DNA of 47,489 bases from Catajapyx aquilonaris (Eukaryota): assembly GCA_000934665.2 (NCBI GenBank), contig JYFJ02000754.1, positions 62,001-109,489 of the forward strand. Reading direction: 5' to 3'. A model generated the notes under the pieces. It saw nothing but the letters and a program-made list of their open reading frames with translations, was not told the origin of the DNA and did not search any database. How positions within the stretch are numbered: position 1 is the first letter of the stretch; each line of letters starts with the position of its first letter. Positions 33,641 to 46,600 of the stretch are shown here, piece by piece. The translations under genes were made by a program, and so were the position numbers.

Positions 33641-36600
33641 TGTATCTGACATCTTTGTGGGCTTTGGTATGTGTGGCCTCTGGGGTGGGTCAGGCAGTAC
33701 TTCCTTCAGCGGCACCATCAACACAATCGCGGAGGTTGCAAATGTATTCCACTCCTTTACCACTGGACCAGTCATACAACCGGCCCTCCTAGAACGTCCC
33801 ATACTATATCTTTTGATATTGTATTTAAAATTTTAATACTGTAATTAGAATTGATATGCAGGGTATGCGACAGCGAGAGACAATGGCGTGGGGTGTGGAT
33901 GATGTTGGATTCAGCTGGTGGACTTCATAATATTCCATAGTGGACACATAAATAATGTAGGCCAACAGTCTTGCTGTTCTCATCTGGTGAGTCAGGCGCT
34001 TTCACACTGAAACTGTACTGCACAAAATTACTGGATTCCTTTTTTTGAGAATGACCAGAGTCCTTTGATGTTAGTTCGGCATATTACGCGTATTAGAGAG
34101 CTTCCAGTGTCGTTGCACGTTAAGTTGATCAACCACTTGAGGTGCCCGGGGTCTAAGGGCTTATCGGCCAGGTCGACCCTTTAAGTCCCTAGCTAAGTTG
34201 ATCAAGGACGTTAGGAAATTATGGCAACATGGCATGAGAGGTGTAATTATTAGAGACGCGCCTTCTCTGTACATTTAATTAGAAGCAATATTTCGTGCCT
34301 CAAGTAAGTTTTATGGTAGATCTTACCAACCACTATGCTGCACTATGCTGCCGGAGGACGTAATAATTTCTCTTCTGAAGTTACTCGACGCTATTGAGAT
34401 GAACTACGTGTTGAAGCGAACCGCCCTTCTTCGCAGCATCTTGTGGGTTGAGTTTCCTCTCTGCGCTCACTGAATATTTTGAACGTGAAAGGGTCACAGA
34501 ATTAGTGCCAGGGTTTTTTTGGAAATATTTGTTGTTCCTCTTGTAACCTGCTATTTTTGACATGCAACCGTATGCTTTTCAGGTCCAGCATATTGTAGGA
34601 CTCCACATTTAAATGGACATTTTTGGTATCTGGGGGATAGCTTGCCCAGGTCTGCGAGAATAACTAATCCCACATCTGAGTGGCAGTTGCTCTTCACATA
34701 AAATGTTTCCGAATGCTTCATTTGTGATGTGAATGCACAGGGAAGATGGTGCTTTTGTCGGCTTTTGCACTTTTGTCCTACTGATGTGCACCTCGTCGGT
34801 GAGAAGGGCGTGAATAATAACTCTCGTGCTCTGTTTTTATTATACAATCGAAATGTCACTTCAACAGGTTTCTCCTAAATACCTAACCCATCCTCTCTAG
34901 TGCGCTCCATGACATGGGGCCGAAACGTCCCATCAAATGCCAGGTATATTTGAAGGAAATGAAAAAACGAAGGGCCTTCCCTGTGGCACTTATTCAGGCC
35001 TAATTTAATGGAGATATTAATTTGTTAAAAGAAGGGTGTTTTAATAAGAGGGGAGTAAGGAACTAATTATCCCGAATATGGGAAGAGTGTCAGTTTATGC
35101 TGGGAAAGTTGCGTGGTATTCTACAAATGGTTGAGACGCTGCACGGTCATCATAGTCTATGATGTAGACCTGAAGTAACTTATAAATGCGTGCAAAATAA
35201 TAAAAGGTTGGATCAGTGTCAGAACAAACATTTTAATTGGTTAAATGCCTAATATACAGTATGTACCCAAATTCACACGATGATTACACTGCAATTGACT
35301 CCTCTTCCCATCCCCCAAATGAACCGGCTGACTCTTCTCTCAATAGAGGTCACCCAAGCAATGGCCAAAGCGAAAACGAGTGCAACCAGCGTGTCTCCCT
35401 CTCGCAATGATTTTTACCGCAAAAAAGAGCGGGGGAAAACTGGCCAAAACCCGTCTTGCATCGCTGAATATTTGGTTGCAGTTCGTAATAACATGATTGT
35501 ACTTCACTTTTTCCCCGCGCATCTTCAGCGACTTCATTGTTAGTTGGCAGTAGTGATGTCACCTTGATCATTTCATGTCCTTGGTTATATGACAGCCTTG
35601 ACTCTTCACAAGTATTTTTCATCTTCCCTCTACAAGGGTCTTGGTGTGGCAAAGTAGAATATGCCTTCTTCAGATTCTCATTCGTGGATATGTCGAACTT
35701 AATACAAACTGAAATATTAATATCTTTGAAACGGTCTGAATTCGTCGTCACCGTCATTCCTGGTAACTCCTTTTCAGACTGAGGATGGGGTCTCCTTAAT
35801 GAATCCTGCAGGATCCCCACACTAGCCGATAAGGATATCATGCGGTCCTCAACCACCCAAGGAGTGGGAGAGGTACAAATGAAAAATCATGCTAGTTCCA
35901 TTGATATTCATTTATTACGTATGATACTAATATTATTTTACATGTTGGTGACGCAGAGTGTCGATTTGGCCTACGTTGATTTGACCCTCTATTTTACTTA
36001 GCACAGACGCATGTGCTTAATCTACTGAGTGTACGGGAATATTGAAATATCATTTTGGAAGCATGTTTCGAAGTATGACTTCTCCTTTCTATGTGAGTCA
36101 CTGAAATAATGATATGTTTGTTGTCTCAAACGCCACCCTAGTTGGATTACGCCTGTGTCTGTTGATGCCTGTTCCTTCCATAAGCTATGATTGGGGCGAG
36201 GTCTCCGATCTCTGTCCTGTGTGAGCCTGCGTTGGTCATTATGAGATGTTTCTGCAGCCTTACAGGTCAAAATTATCTGCAAGATCCTTGTGAAGGGTAA
36301 CTGTCAGTTTGTTAGTGTTCAGTATAATGTATGTCAATATGTGTACCACAAAATGAGACTTAAAACAGTAATTTTTTCATGTCTCCCAATTTTTGCACTT
36401 TAGAAGAAGTTCCACAGATACGTATTTCTCCGGGTGTTTCACAAATGTTTGGCTTCAGCAGGCTTCAGGCAGTCAGCGTCGGGGGAGACTTCAAAAGTCA
36501 TGTGTACTTTCTTGCTTAAGCAACAGGCCCCCTGAATGGTTGTACAGAATCAAGGTGCCTGATCATGTTGGCTGGTTGTGTATGTCATGGTTAATTAGGG

Positions 36601-38344
36601 CGTACTGTGTGATGATCCATTGACGCCAACAATGAAGGCTGCAGAAATGGTGCAGCGATGGGGTATTTTTCATGTTGACCTGATACCTTATGAAATTCAC
36701 AATATTTTGCATTTTATTGTAGGCTATTATTTAAACATGGCGATAATAATATGCCTCTTAGTCATGTTCCATCCAAGTCGGTGTGCATCCTTTCTCATTC
36801 TTGTTTCATGCGGTATGCCAATTATTATTATCTTTAATTGGACGAAACCTAAGCCGTGTAGAATAGTTGGATTCTGTATTTGGTTGCAGTTTACTTCTTG
36901 TCTGCAGTTATTCGTAAGTGGAACGAAACTCAATACATCGGGAGTTGCTACACCTGGAGCGTTTCTGCCTTGGCTATTTCGCACGTCTTGTTGCGGAAAT
37001 TTATGGATGGGATCGAGGTGATGTCCGTAACAAGTATTTGTCAAGATAGACACTTGCAAGTGCATGCAACTGAACATCTTGTGGTCCCTGTGCATGTGCA
37101 GGACATAGTATGAAAAGCTGCTCTTAATATTAATTTTGGCATGATTCTGTACCAATTATAAAATGCATTGAATTAATGTGTAATTCCAATGTATTTCGAC
37201 GGTCTAATCCCTAGTGCGTCTTGGGCAGGTGTTCTTCTTTTCGGAAGTATTTCGCTCTCAACAGTCACACCGCGGTGTCATTTTTTGATCGGATGCAATC
37301 GACCTGTGCACTCCGTAGCTCTCGTAATGCGCACGCGAAATGCGGCATCACCTCTTGCTGGTTAAGCTGTAATTTGTTGCATGTGTCAACCTTCTGAAAT
37401 GATGATTAGCACGTCAAAATTAGTCGTCATGTCAGCTTCCATAATGTTAAGAATAATGCTCTAGTCTCCTGACATCCTGAAGTGCACAATTATTAATAAT
37501 TGTCGGAGGTTGTGCTTTCCAATTATGTTACAGCCTTTGATGTCTCTTTAGGACCATAATTATACCGTCCGCGGAAGGTTGGGACAGTCCGCATAATAAT
37601 TTCCTTCTCCTCTTTCTTCTTAGTTCGCTGGGCAACGCATATACATGGATCGGAGTGTGTGAATAGCTACTTGAAGTGATGTATCCAATCCAAAGCATCT
37701 GATGTGAATGATATACCTTATATCACTCAAAGAGATTGTGAAGAGACTGTTTGTGCAATGTTCAGCAGCAGACGTTGCTGGGCAGCTTCTAGTAAGCGTT
37801 TCATACATTCACTTCAAATACCATGACTGCAATAATTAGAGCATGAACTACTAATTTGTTTTGCAGAAGCAGCCTTCAAAGGCCCCTAGTATTATTCTTG
37901 GGTGAGCCGGAATAGTGGAAGGGCTGCTGTGCATTGATGCGATTCTTGAGTGCTGCCAAATCAATTATTTTAGTCTTGGTGTTGTGTATGGAAACGGCCT
38001 CTTACCTCTGTCTTTGGCGCTGCGATTTCCTCCGCTGAATTCCTGGTAATCAGTTGCCTGATGTTGGCGGACGTGTGTCCTTTTTAAAGTTTAACCCAGC
38101 CTGGCTTATTAAGTGTGTTTTGCCCACCATAAATGATTCAGGGCAGGATACAAATATAATATTATTGAAAAACTTAAGTTTGTACCGTGCAGCATGGGCT
38201 GTGGTTTCTTCACTGGTTTCTTTTGTTCCAATAGTGCAATATGTGTCTGTTGCTGATCGGATTGTTTATCGCTTGTTTATTACTGTGTTTTCCGCCATCG
38301 CAAGGACATCAATCCGGGTTTGGATGTTTCCCATTCGGCTATGC

Positions 38345-38410
38345 CTTTCTGCAACTTCCAACCCTTGAATGACGAGTCTTTTGGCAATAGTCGCAAAATA
38401 TGTCACGGGT
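38345..38410 (-). pseudogene. Gag-type CCHC zinc-knuckle fragment
   Basis: DIFCDYCQKTRHSRVGSCRK (C-X2-C-X4-H-X5-C), in a frame not listed in the ORF track. Confidence 0.45.
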
Positions 38411-38756
38411 CGTGTAGTGGATAGGTTGAGGCTGCCCTTTACCACGTCGTGACCTACCAGTGCGCGGACTGGAGTTGAATAACCCGTCACTGTTCCAACT
38501 TGTAGAGTGACCCTGGTATGTCTACAGTATAAAGCTGGATATTGTGTCACCTTTTGACTTATGGTAAACACAGGTTCCCTTGACATTACTTTATTTGGGA
38601 TCACTACTTCGGAGCGTGGTTTCAGTTACACGTGATAAATTCGTACATTAAAGTATACTGTGTATTGTTGGAATTAAATGAATTATACTGATACGCCTGC
38701 CTTTTATCTCGCCCTTGTGGGGCCATATCAAGCGTTGTTATCAGCAATGAAAGTGC

Positions 38757-38850
38757 AGGATTTTTCGAAAGGAAACTCGGATTTATAATATTAGTCTCTA
38801 TTTTGTCCCGATATGTTTCAGGGTTTAATAATATCACAATGGTATGAGTA
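38757..38850 (-). pseudogene. Penelope-like element RT N-terminal fragment
   Basis: TIVILLNPETYRDKIETNIINPSFLSKNP resembles the V..N..DY..K....L......L..DP segment that follows the DKG motif. Confidence 0.4.
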
Positions 38851-40499
38851 AATAAACGACAGGCGTGACCATTTCTCAGTAATTTTCGATATAGTAATAA
38901 ACCAACAGAAATATTGTAATTTCTAAACAACCAAATGCATAGCAGGCCTGCCTCTTCCTCCTTCAGCTCCACTTCCTCCTTCTTTCCAAGCATGGTTTTC
39001 ATCGGTGACAAAACTTCCTCGTCGTATGCGATGAGCATTTATTACAGTGAGATTACCAGTTTATTACGCAATTAGACCGGCGCTACCTGTTATGCATGTG
39101 CAGACGACCCCACATCTGTCGCAGTCTGGAATGAAAATATGAGCGAATGTTAACCCATCCCTTATGGTGCACGGGATACACCACATCTCCTTGAGTTTTT
39201 ATCCTACCAGGCTCGGGTATTTTACGAAATGGGCTTATTATTATTATGTACAACTAATGGTTATGATACTAATTATTTTACATGGTGGTGAGGCAGATAA
39301 AAGTAGACCATTGCATTTGGCTTGCACTCATGAACATTCTATAACTTCAGTAAAAAAAAATAACTATGGACCATTTTCTATGTTATTCAACTAATTTGAA
39401 TATTTTGCAGCCCTTTTTGGGGTAAGAATGTGTGCGACTGAGTCTATGTAGGGATTAGACTTAGATGGCCTGACTTGACCCCATTTAATTTTTCCTGGTG
39501 CTCCTTAGGGATTACAATTGAAATCACGCGATCTATTGTGAGCTCGGTCAACTCTTGTTGCAAAGATGCACTTTGTTGTTTCTTTAGGGTGTTTCTTATT
39601 AGGTTGACAACGTGTGATTCGTTCTCTAATAGATATGTACACCGTACCTTCCTGTGGTGATGACTGGATAATTTAAAATAATGATGATTATTCTTGTTGT
39701 TCCAGTGGGGGTTTTTTATCGGCACCAAACTCATGAACTGCTTGGTGGAGGAAGTAAAGTTAGACCTGTAATGTGCATGTACAACATTTTCTACCTTATG
39801 GCTTGTGTTTATCCCATGCGATCGTATGCGAAGAATCCTACGATGGCAATCAATAGCTGTGCACATGTTAAGCTTGGTGTATTGCATACTAAGGATATTC
39901 GATTCAAGTTAAATTGAGGCAGCATATCACAGCCATTTGTCGTTAATGAGGCTGATCCAAGGTTTTAACAGTCCCCGTCGCCTCTTTTCTCGCCATAATA
40001 CCTCGCTTCCGGCTGTGTGACTTCCGTTCTTCATCTGTGTAGTGGGCGGTCACCTTCCTGCCACCATCCCTCGTGAGTAGGTGAGTATACTGACCGTCTA
40101 AATAGGTCATGTACTTGTTCCTGGACACATTACCTACATGCAGTGTTACTTGGTGGCCTCAGGGGAATCTGGAGAACCCGGTCGACTTTGATGCACACAC
40201 ACGTGTGTACATTATATGATTTTATTTGATTAATTTTGTTCTGAACTACTTTCAGGCGCGGTGTTTCTTTTGGGCGATCAAATTCGTCGTCCTGTTCGCA
40301 TATTAAACCCTTGTCATCCTCCTACTGCATTCATACTTTTTATCTATTTTTAGTTAATTATTTGGTTTTTGGGCAAGCTTAATAATTGCAGAGTTGTTAT
40401 CCGTTACTATACACGAATAAGGTATATCTGCACATCTGGAGGCATGATTCACACTCACGGGTAGTATGTCGTCGTCACATAGGTCTGTGAAACACTTCT

Positions 40500-40860
40500 C
40501 CGGCAGGAAGATATGCGTATGTCGGCGTATTTCCGAAAACAATGTACTTTTCGTATTATTTGATTTCTTGTGTTCTAATGAGCGTTCCAATATTTCACTT
40601 GGATCCTTCCATTCCGTACTATCTCCTTTTCAAATGAAGCCTGTACAACAATAGGTCTTATAGGTTTGGTCTTATTGTGGTATTGTGTTATCGGTTTTAA
40701 AATATTGTAGTGTTCCCAGCATGTCCAGGGCCGTCATTACATTACTCCTGTACGCTGATGCTGATTTCCTGCTCAGTCTGTTGACAGTGTGTACCTTTCT
40801 TCTCTGAGAGATAATAGGGCGGACGGCAGGAATGTCACTCCTCTTGTTACCAGTATTCCC
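40500..40860 (-). pseudogene. Penelope-like element remnant (RT RPIIS motif; possible GIY-YIG tail)
   Basis: KRSDIPAVRPIISQ...TVNRLSR resembles K.DIP.RPI.S. Downstream RSLEHKK...STL..EIRRHTHIF resembles the R..EH....S.L..H...H.F part of the GIY-YIG domain. Confidence 0.4.
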
Positions 40861-43165
40861 CGACAAGATATTAGGATTCTCACTTTTACATTATTATCTG
40901 GTTTACTACTGATGGCTCCACTCTTAGAGTCATCCTTCTTCCACTCCCCAAAACTCCACTCTCACCCCTTGACGTATTTGTATAATTTTGCCCGAGATCT
41001 TGTTAACCACTTTTGTTCCAACTGGACAAATTTAGGTACATTGAGGGAGGAGGAAGCATCATATCCTCTCTATTTATTTTCATTTATTGGCAACACATTA
41101 GCGCACATTCTTCCCTGTGTTGTAAAACAAGTGCGCACATTTAAGGGATTGACCAGATTCTGGGTCATTCAGGTATAATTTCGTAGAGAAGGAGGAGCTC
41201 ATTTTTCATCCTGCATCGGGATGTCAATAAACAATTATGTGAAAAATAATTGGTTTATGTCGAGTCCACTATACTGTAGGAGTGCGATCACGGTTGTTGA
41301 AATTTGCTGTAAGAAGTACTGTTTACGTCTAGTCTGCACGACGATTTGTGCAATATCCTGCATACTTGGATAGTCCTGTCGATTTCTGGTAGAAAAGCAG
41401 TCCAATCCAGCACGAAAAGTTTGTGGACAGATATAAAAAAAGATTCGGGGTTTCGTATCTCAAGTAATTTTGAATGTAATTATTCAACTCTTGCCCTACC
41501 AATCGCACAATCCGCACTAGCAGGACCTTTGTTGAATGACCTTATACTGTTATCTAAGTGAATAGTGTCTGTGCATTTTCCATTTCGAAAGTATTCGCGT
41601 AACTTCAACCAGACACGAAGAGATTTGTTCTTCCCAATTACCCATAGTGCCAAGGATCTGATTCCACTCGATCTCCCCAGACAGATGAAAGGGCATTAAA
41701 ATCACACAATTCGCATATTTTGTTAGATTGCGAACACTGCAAAGGTAGCACGATCTTGTCGGTAATTATTCATCAGATTGGATCCATGAGACCATTGCTG
41801 GCCCTTCACCATCAATCCAGTCCTCCGCATGGGTTTAGGAGACTATTATCGGCCATCTGTCCAATCATCGGTTTGTGTACCAGTTGGACTGTTGACGGCT
41901 TTGTGCTTGTCAGAGAGGCAACGTCGAGACGCTCGTTTTTTAAAAATCGTAGAACTTGGCGTCATACTCCGCAATTCATTTTCCTGCATGCTGTCTGGAA
42001 ATACTTCATTTTGGGATGGGCTTCTTTCAGTTTGATAATTTCCCGATTTCTTTCCCAGCTTATTGCTGATGTGTTTGTGAAAGTGATTTAATTCGCAATA
42101 TCTCTAAACATGGCCGGTGTATGGTTATCGTCGTATTGCAAGTGACTAACGTTGGTATTTTGGGATGTCCTTTAACTGGCATTAAGTCACGTCACGGCAA
42201 AATAGGCGTCATATGACGCATCTTGGTTGAATATCCAGAAACAGAACATGTCATTTGCAGTAGGTTTGCCCATGTGAAGCGAATTCTTCAGACCAATTTG
42301 ATATTTGAATAGAAACGGTCCAAGTCTTGTCGGTGAATGCTTGTAAGTAATTTTTTAAAAAAAAGACCGGCCCAAAATGGCGTGAATAAATCCAAGCCAT
42401 TGCATACGTGTAATACCAAATTCGCCTTAGTATTTTCCTGATCTCGGTTCCACCGCGTTTTGGCTCTGGTTGCACAATCTCACCCCACCTGGTACAATCC
42501 AACCCCTCTTTGCGGTACTTCTTTACTCCTTTGAGGCGGAAATCAGTGTCGCAATCCTGGTCATTCTCTCTGCTGCTGTGCGGCTGCTCCAAACTTTGAT
42601 GGTTTTTCAGGTCCCCATGGCGGAGCGTGTTAATTATGTCATTGTCAAGACGCAAAATGTCTCGCAAAGTTTTTTCCACGACTCTGCGATTAAATAGTCA
42701 AATTTATTGCAATCATAACTTTTGTACATTTTACATATTCGTACTTGAGTAGCGTACTTCCGTGTGGCTCCCTACCAATTCTGACGTCATTTTATTTCAA
42801 TATGTTTGTTTCCTCTCTTCGTTAACATGTAATTCCCAGTTTTCTGGATGATCTTCACCAACCCCGTCTGTCTCGGCCCGCTTCATCAGCGTCTTTTCCA
42901 GCAGATCTTCAAACACCTCAGTCGGGGTGTTAACATGGGTCAATGTGGCGGTCAAATGAGGGGCGTCCCCGGCGGCGCACAGTGGACCGAGAAGCGCATT
43001 TAGGCGGACATGATTCGTAACGTTGATTTCATTGGAAATTAACAACTGACGTGTCCAAATTAACCTAAGAGAAGGTTAGGTTAGGGCAGGGCAGGGCTGG
43101 TAGCTTCCTCAGGGATGTAATTAGAGGGTCGGATGTAATTGAGGCACATATGGAGAAGGTCTGTA

Positions 43166-43440
43166 TTACATAACACGACTAGACGCCTTTCGGGTGTTGA
43201 AGACCCGGAAATGTTTTAGGTCTTTGTGCCTTGATTCTTGGGCTTCTTCTGAAAACATCCCGATAGGGTGCGCCCTGTAAAATAGATGCCCGATGTACAA
43301 GTATTCGGTGCACACTTGGAGGCATAGCATACCAAGGGTAGAGGTCGATGCACTTTTGGAATGTTTCCTTTGCATAAATCTTGGTGATCTCATATGCACT
43401 AGAGAGTGACTCCAAAATGTTGCCGAATCTTTGAATGAGA
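43166..43440 (-). pseudogene. Transib (RAG1-related) transposase C-terminal fragment
   Basis: IQRFGNILESLSS..LYPWYAMPPSVHRILVH..(frameshift)..PIGMFSEEAQESRHKDLKHFRVFNTRK. It carries the H-X4-H zinc ligands and the SEEAQE catalytic-E motif, equivalent to RAG1 HKTLAH and SEGNES. It is cut at 43440 by the LINE tail. Confidence 0.85.
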
Positions 43441-43481
43441 TCTATCAATCTATCAATCTATCAATCAATATTTTTATTTTA

Positions 43482-43506
43482 CCTCCCTGCATCAGGCTCA
43501 GGGAGG
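43482..43506 (-). other. Stem-loop at the LINE 3' end
   Basis: CCTCCCTG (43482-43489) and CAGGGAGG (43499-43506) form an 8-bp stem with a 9-nt loop, immediately upstream of the poly(A) signal and tail. Confidence 0.65.
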
Positions 43507-43656
43507 GACTCCCTCCTTTACATGACCTTTTTTCTTTTCCAAAAGTAATAAATACATACATATTAACCTGGACCAGTTTTTTCCTTGGTGGGAGGGGAAG
43601 GGAACAAATAGAATGATAAAATGGAGAAATGAATAATTGAAGAGGGCTCAGTTACA

Positions 43657-46600
43657 TTATAAGTTTAGGTGCCATTTTGCCACATATTTTAAGAAGAGGA
43701 ACAGTGCTTTGGTGTCACTCTGGGATGGAGCCGCAAAAATCGTAGTAATACTATTTCGAGGAACTAAGGGAAGATTTTGGAGAAATGCGTGCCTTCCTCC
43801 AACGAACATAGGGCATTCGTAGAGGATATGGTACCAATCGTCAGATTCATCCCGATTGCAAAGGCCACAACTTTCTCCTTTATTTATTTTTACTGAGAAG
43901 GCTCCGCCCAGGGGAATCCAAGAGGAATTTGTCCTGAGGCATGCCAACATCCTCGCTATTGAATATGCATTCTGCTCTGTCGTATAGTAAGCCGGGAGGT
44001 ATCGGTGGTTGTCATAAAAAATTACTTAAGATTTGATTTGGACCTTGTTAAACAGTGATAGTCGTTGAGTACCTCGGTATCTAGCATTATTTGGGCAAGT
44101 ATACAATATTTTTGTGTCCAGTCTTGATCATCTTCTGACATAAAGTTTTTTATTGACTGACCATACTCATTTAGACTAGTATCTAATTGTTTTACCCAAT
44201 TATACCTCTGTTTCGGGCTACTTTCCGACAGTAAATGTGACAGTGCTTTTCTAGGTAGTCTGTCGGGCTTCATTTTTGAGAATCGTCTAAAATTTCTTAG
44301 GGCTTGGAGTATTATTTTAATTTTTAGTGGGGGTCGTCCCGTTTCCAGGCGTAAGAGATATCCTGCAGTTCTTGGCCCTGTTGCCAAAAGTTTCCTTATT
44401 GGGTATGTCTGCATTTTTTTAATGTCCTTGAGCAGATTCAATCCCAATATCGGCATTGCGTAAAGCGCAGCCGTGATAATCGTAGAGTCAATATAATTCA
44501 GCTCTGAAGTTATTAGAGGTAGCTTAGCATTCTTTAAAAGGAGTCTGGAAGCGTTAAATTTCGATTTAATGTTTCTCATTTTATCCTCTAGTTCTTTTAG
44601 GAATTGGCCGGAAGAGGAAAAATTAACTCCCAAATATCGGTAGCTAGAAACATTTTCTAGAGTTGTGCCATTTATAATGAATTTATCCGCCACCGCCATC
44701 GGGCCACCTTTCCTAAATATCACGGCCTTTGTTTTTACAGAGTTTAGTTTTAGCTCGTTTTCGTCCAGGTATTTTTGAGTCCAAGTAAGCAATCTTTATA
44801 AATATAATTTATTATCAGCAATCAAAACTATATCGTCAGCAAACAAGAGAGCTTTGAAATCGTATGATACTCCGGGTAGGTGAATGCCCTTGGCCTGATT
44901 TTGGTTTAACCATGGAATTAAATCTTGTAAATATAATGAGAAAAGTAAGGGTGATAGTGGATCGCCTTGCAATACTCCTTTTTCTATGTGGACGTTTAAG
45001 ATTTTTTCCTTTCCCGCAACATGGTGTAGTTTTGCTTTTTGGTAAAAGTCAATTACAGTTGCCAGAAATTTGCCAGACATACCCATTCCTTCAAGTTTTC
45101 GCCATAGATTTGTCCGAGATACGGAATCAAAGGCTTTCGTTAAATCCAAAAAGATTGTGTAAGCTTTTCCCTTGGGCTTACTTAATCGGGAGTGTATAGC
45201 AGTCATAAGAACAAAAATATGATCTTGAGTACCGTAATCTGGGCGGAATGCTGCTTGTTCCTCTGGCATTAATTGTTCAAATAAGGGGATAGAATAAATT
45301 CTTTTTGCAAAGATCCGTGAAAGGAGCTTCGTCAGCGTGCAAATTAGGCTTATCGGACGGAAATTTGCCGGATCGTCTACTTCTCCTTTTTTGTACAAAG
45401 GGACTACTGTTATGTTCGTCCATTCATCTGGTATTTGACATTTATTAGTTACAGCATTTAGTGATGTTACTATTAATTCCTTGAGCTTTGGTCCCGCCTT
45501 GTTCAGTACTATATTTGGAATCCCATCATATCCTGCGGCAGACTTCATATGCAATTTCTTCAGAGCCTGCTCTAGTTCCACAAGAGTAATAGGTCCGTTT
45601 AGGGGGTCGTCAGGCGTTAAGTTTTTCCATGGGCCCAAGTATACCTTATTTGAAGAGGATTCAAAAATAGATTGAAAGTATGATTTCCAAGAATCATCGT
45701 TTATTTCTTTTGCTAGTGCCGGGGGACGTTTCCTAAATTTGTTTATATGTTTCCAGAAGAACTGCGAATTTTTTGGGTTCGCTAAGTTTTTTAGTGTCTC
45801 CTGGAAAAATTCCGTCTTTTTTTTCTCTCGAGCTTCTTTTAATTCTCTCTTGGTTTCGTAATAATTTTGCTTATTTTCGTTTGAAAATTCCTTCTTTAGA
45901 TATTTTAGATATTGTCTACATTTCTTTTTCAAGTCCTTTATCGTTTTGTCTTCCCAGCTGTTTATTTGACAATTTATTTTTGTCGTTTGAGAATTTCGGA
46001 TTTTCATCAGGTCCTTTTTGAGTAAAAATTCCTGTATAAACAATTGCAATAGTTCCGGGTGGTCTTCAATGGTATTATGGTCTAGCTCAGAGACTGCATT
46101 CTCAAGATCCTCTACCCACTCTTTTATATTTAACAGTTTCTTAGTGGTTATATAGCTAAGAAATTCGGGTTTAGTTACTGTGCCCAGAGAGGAAATGTTC
46201 CAGGGGATAATTAGGGTTATTACTATAGGACAGTGATCAGAAATATACGAATTTTCAACTTTAAAGTCTGCGACAAATTCCAAAAGAGAACTCGATACCA
46301 GGGCAAGGTCAACTGTACTTCTTCCTTGTGGCGAAATGTAAGTAAAATCTCCTTCAAGGTCTCCCGGGGTTATTCCGTTCACTACGACAATTGGTGATTC
46401 ATCTAACTTGTTTATCAGTAAATGACCTCGGCTATTCACTTTTTTATCTAAAGCGTTCCGCAGAGTGTACTGGGGGGTATTAACAGAGTAATCACCAATT
46501 CTCGCATTTAGGTCCCCCATGATTAGCGTTGGCTGATTTAAGAAACCACCTAGTTCTAGCTTATTGAAAATTTCTCCTAATAATTTATCGTTTTCATTTG

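Noticed and set aside
33329..33802. Domesticated HARBI1-like host gene
   Set aside because: Only the C-terminal part is Harbinger-like, the N-terminal catalytic motif is absent from the ORF, and no supporting exon structure is visible.
34120..34206. AAGTTGATCAA repeated around a GC-rich core, as a second fold-back element
   Set aside because: Pairing beyond the short palindromic word is poor, and no clear arms or TSD are visible.
34551..34640. KCPFKCG...EKHTVAC as a TRAF-type zinc finger
   Set aside because: Too short and isolated to support a call.
3525..41410. CRISPR-like repeat-spacer array (repeats alternating with foreign fragments)
   Set aside because: The repeated modules vary in length and sequence, are irregularly spaced by kilobases, and no cas genes are present. 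The DNA is eukaryotic, with spliceosomal introns.
43060..43100. GGTTAGGTTAGGGCAGGGCAGGG as telomeric repeat
   Set aside because: Only two TTAGG units; too short for a telomere or interstitial array.
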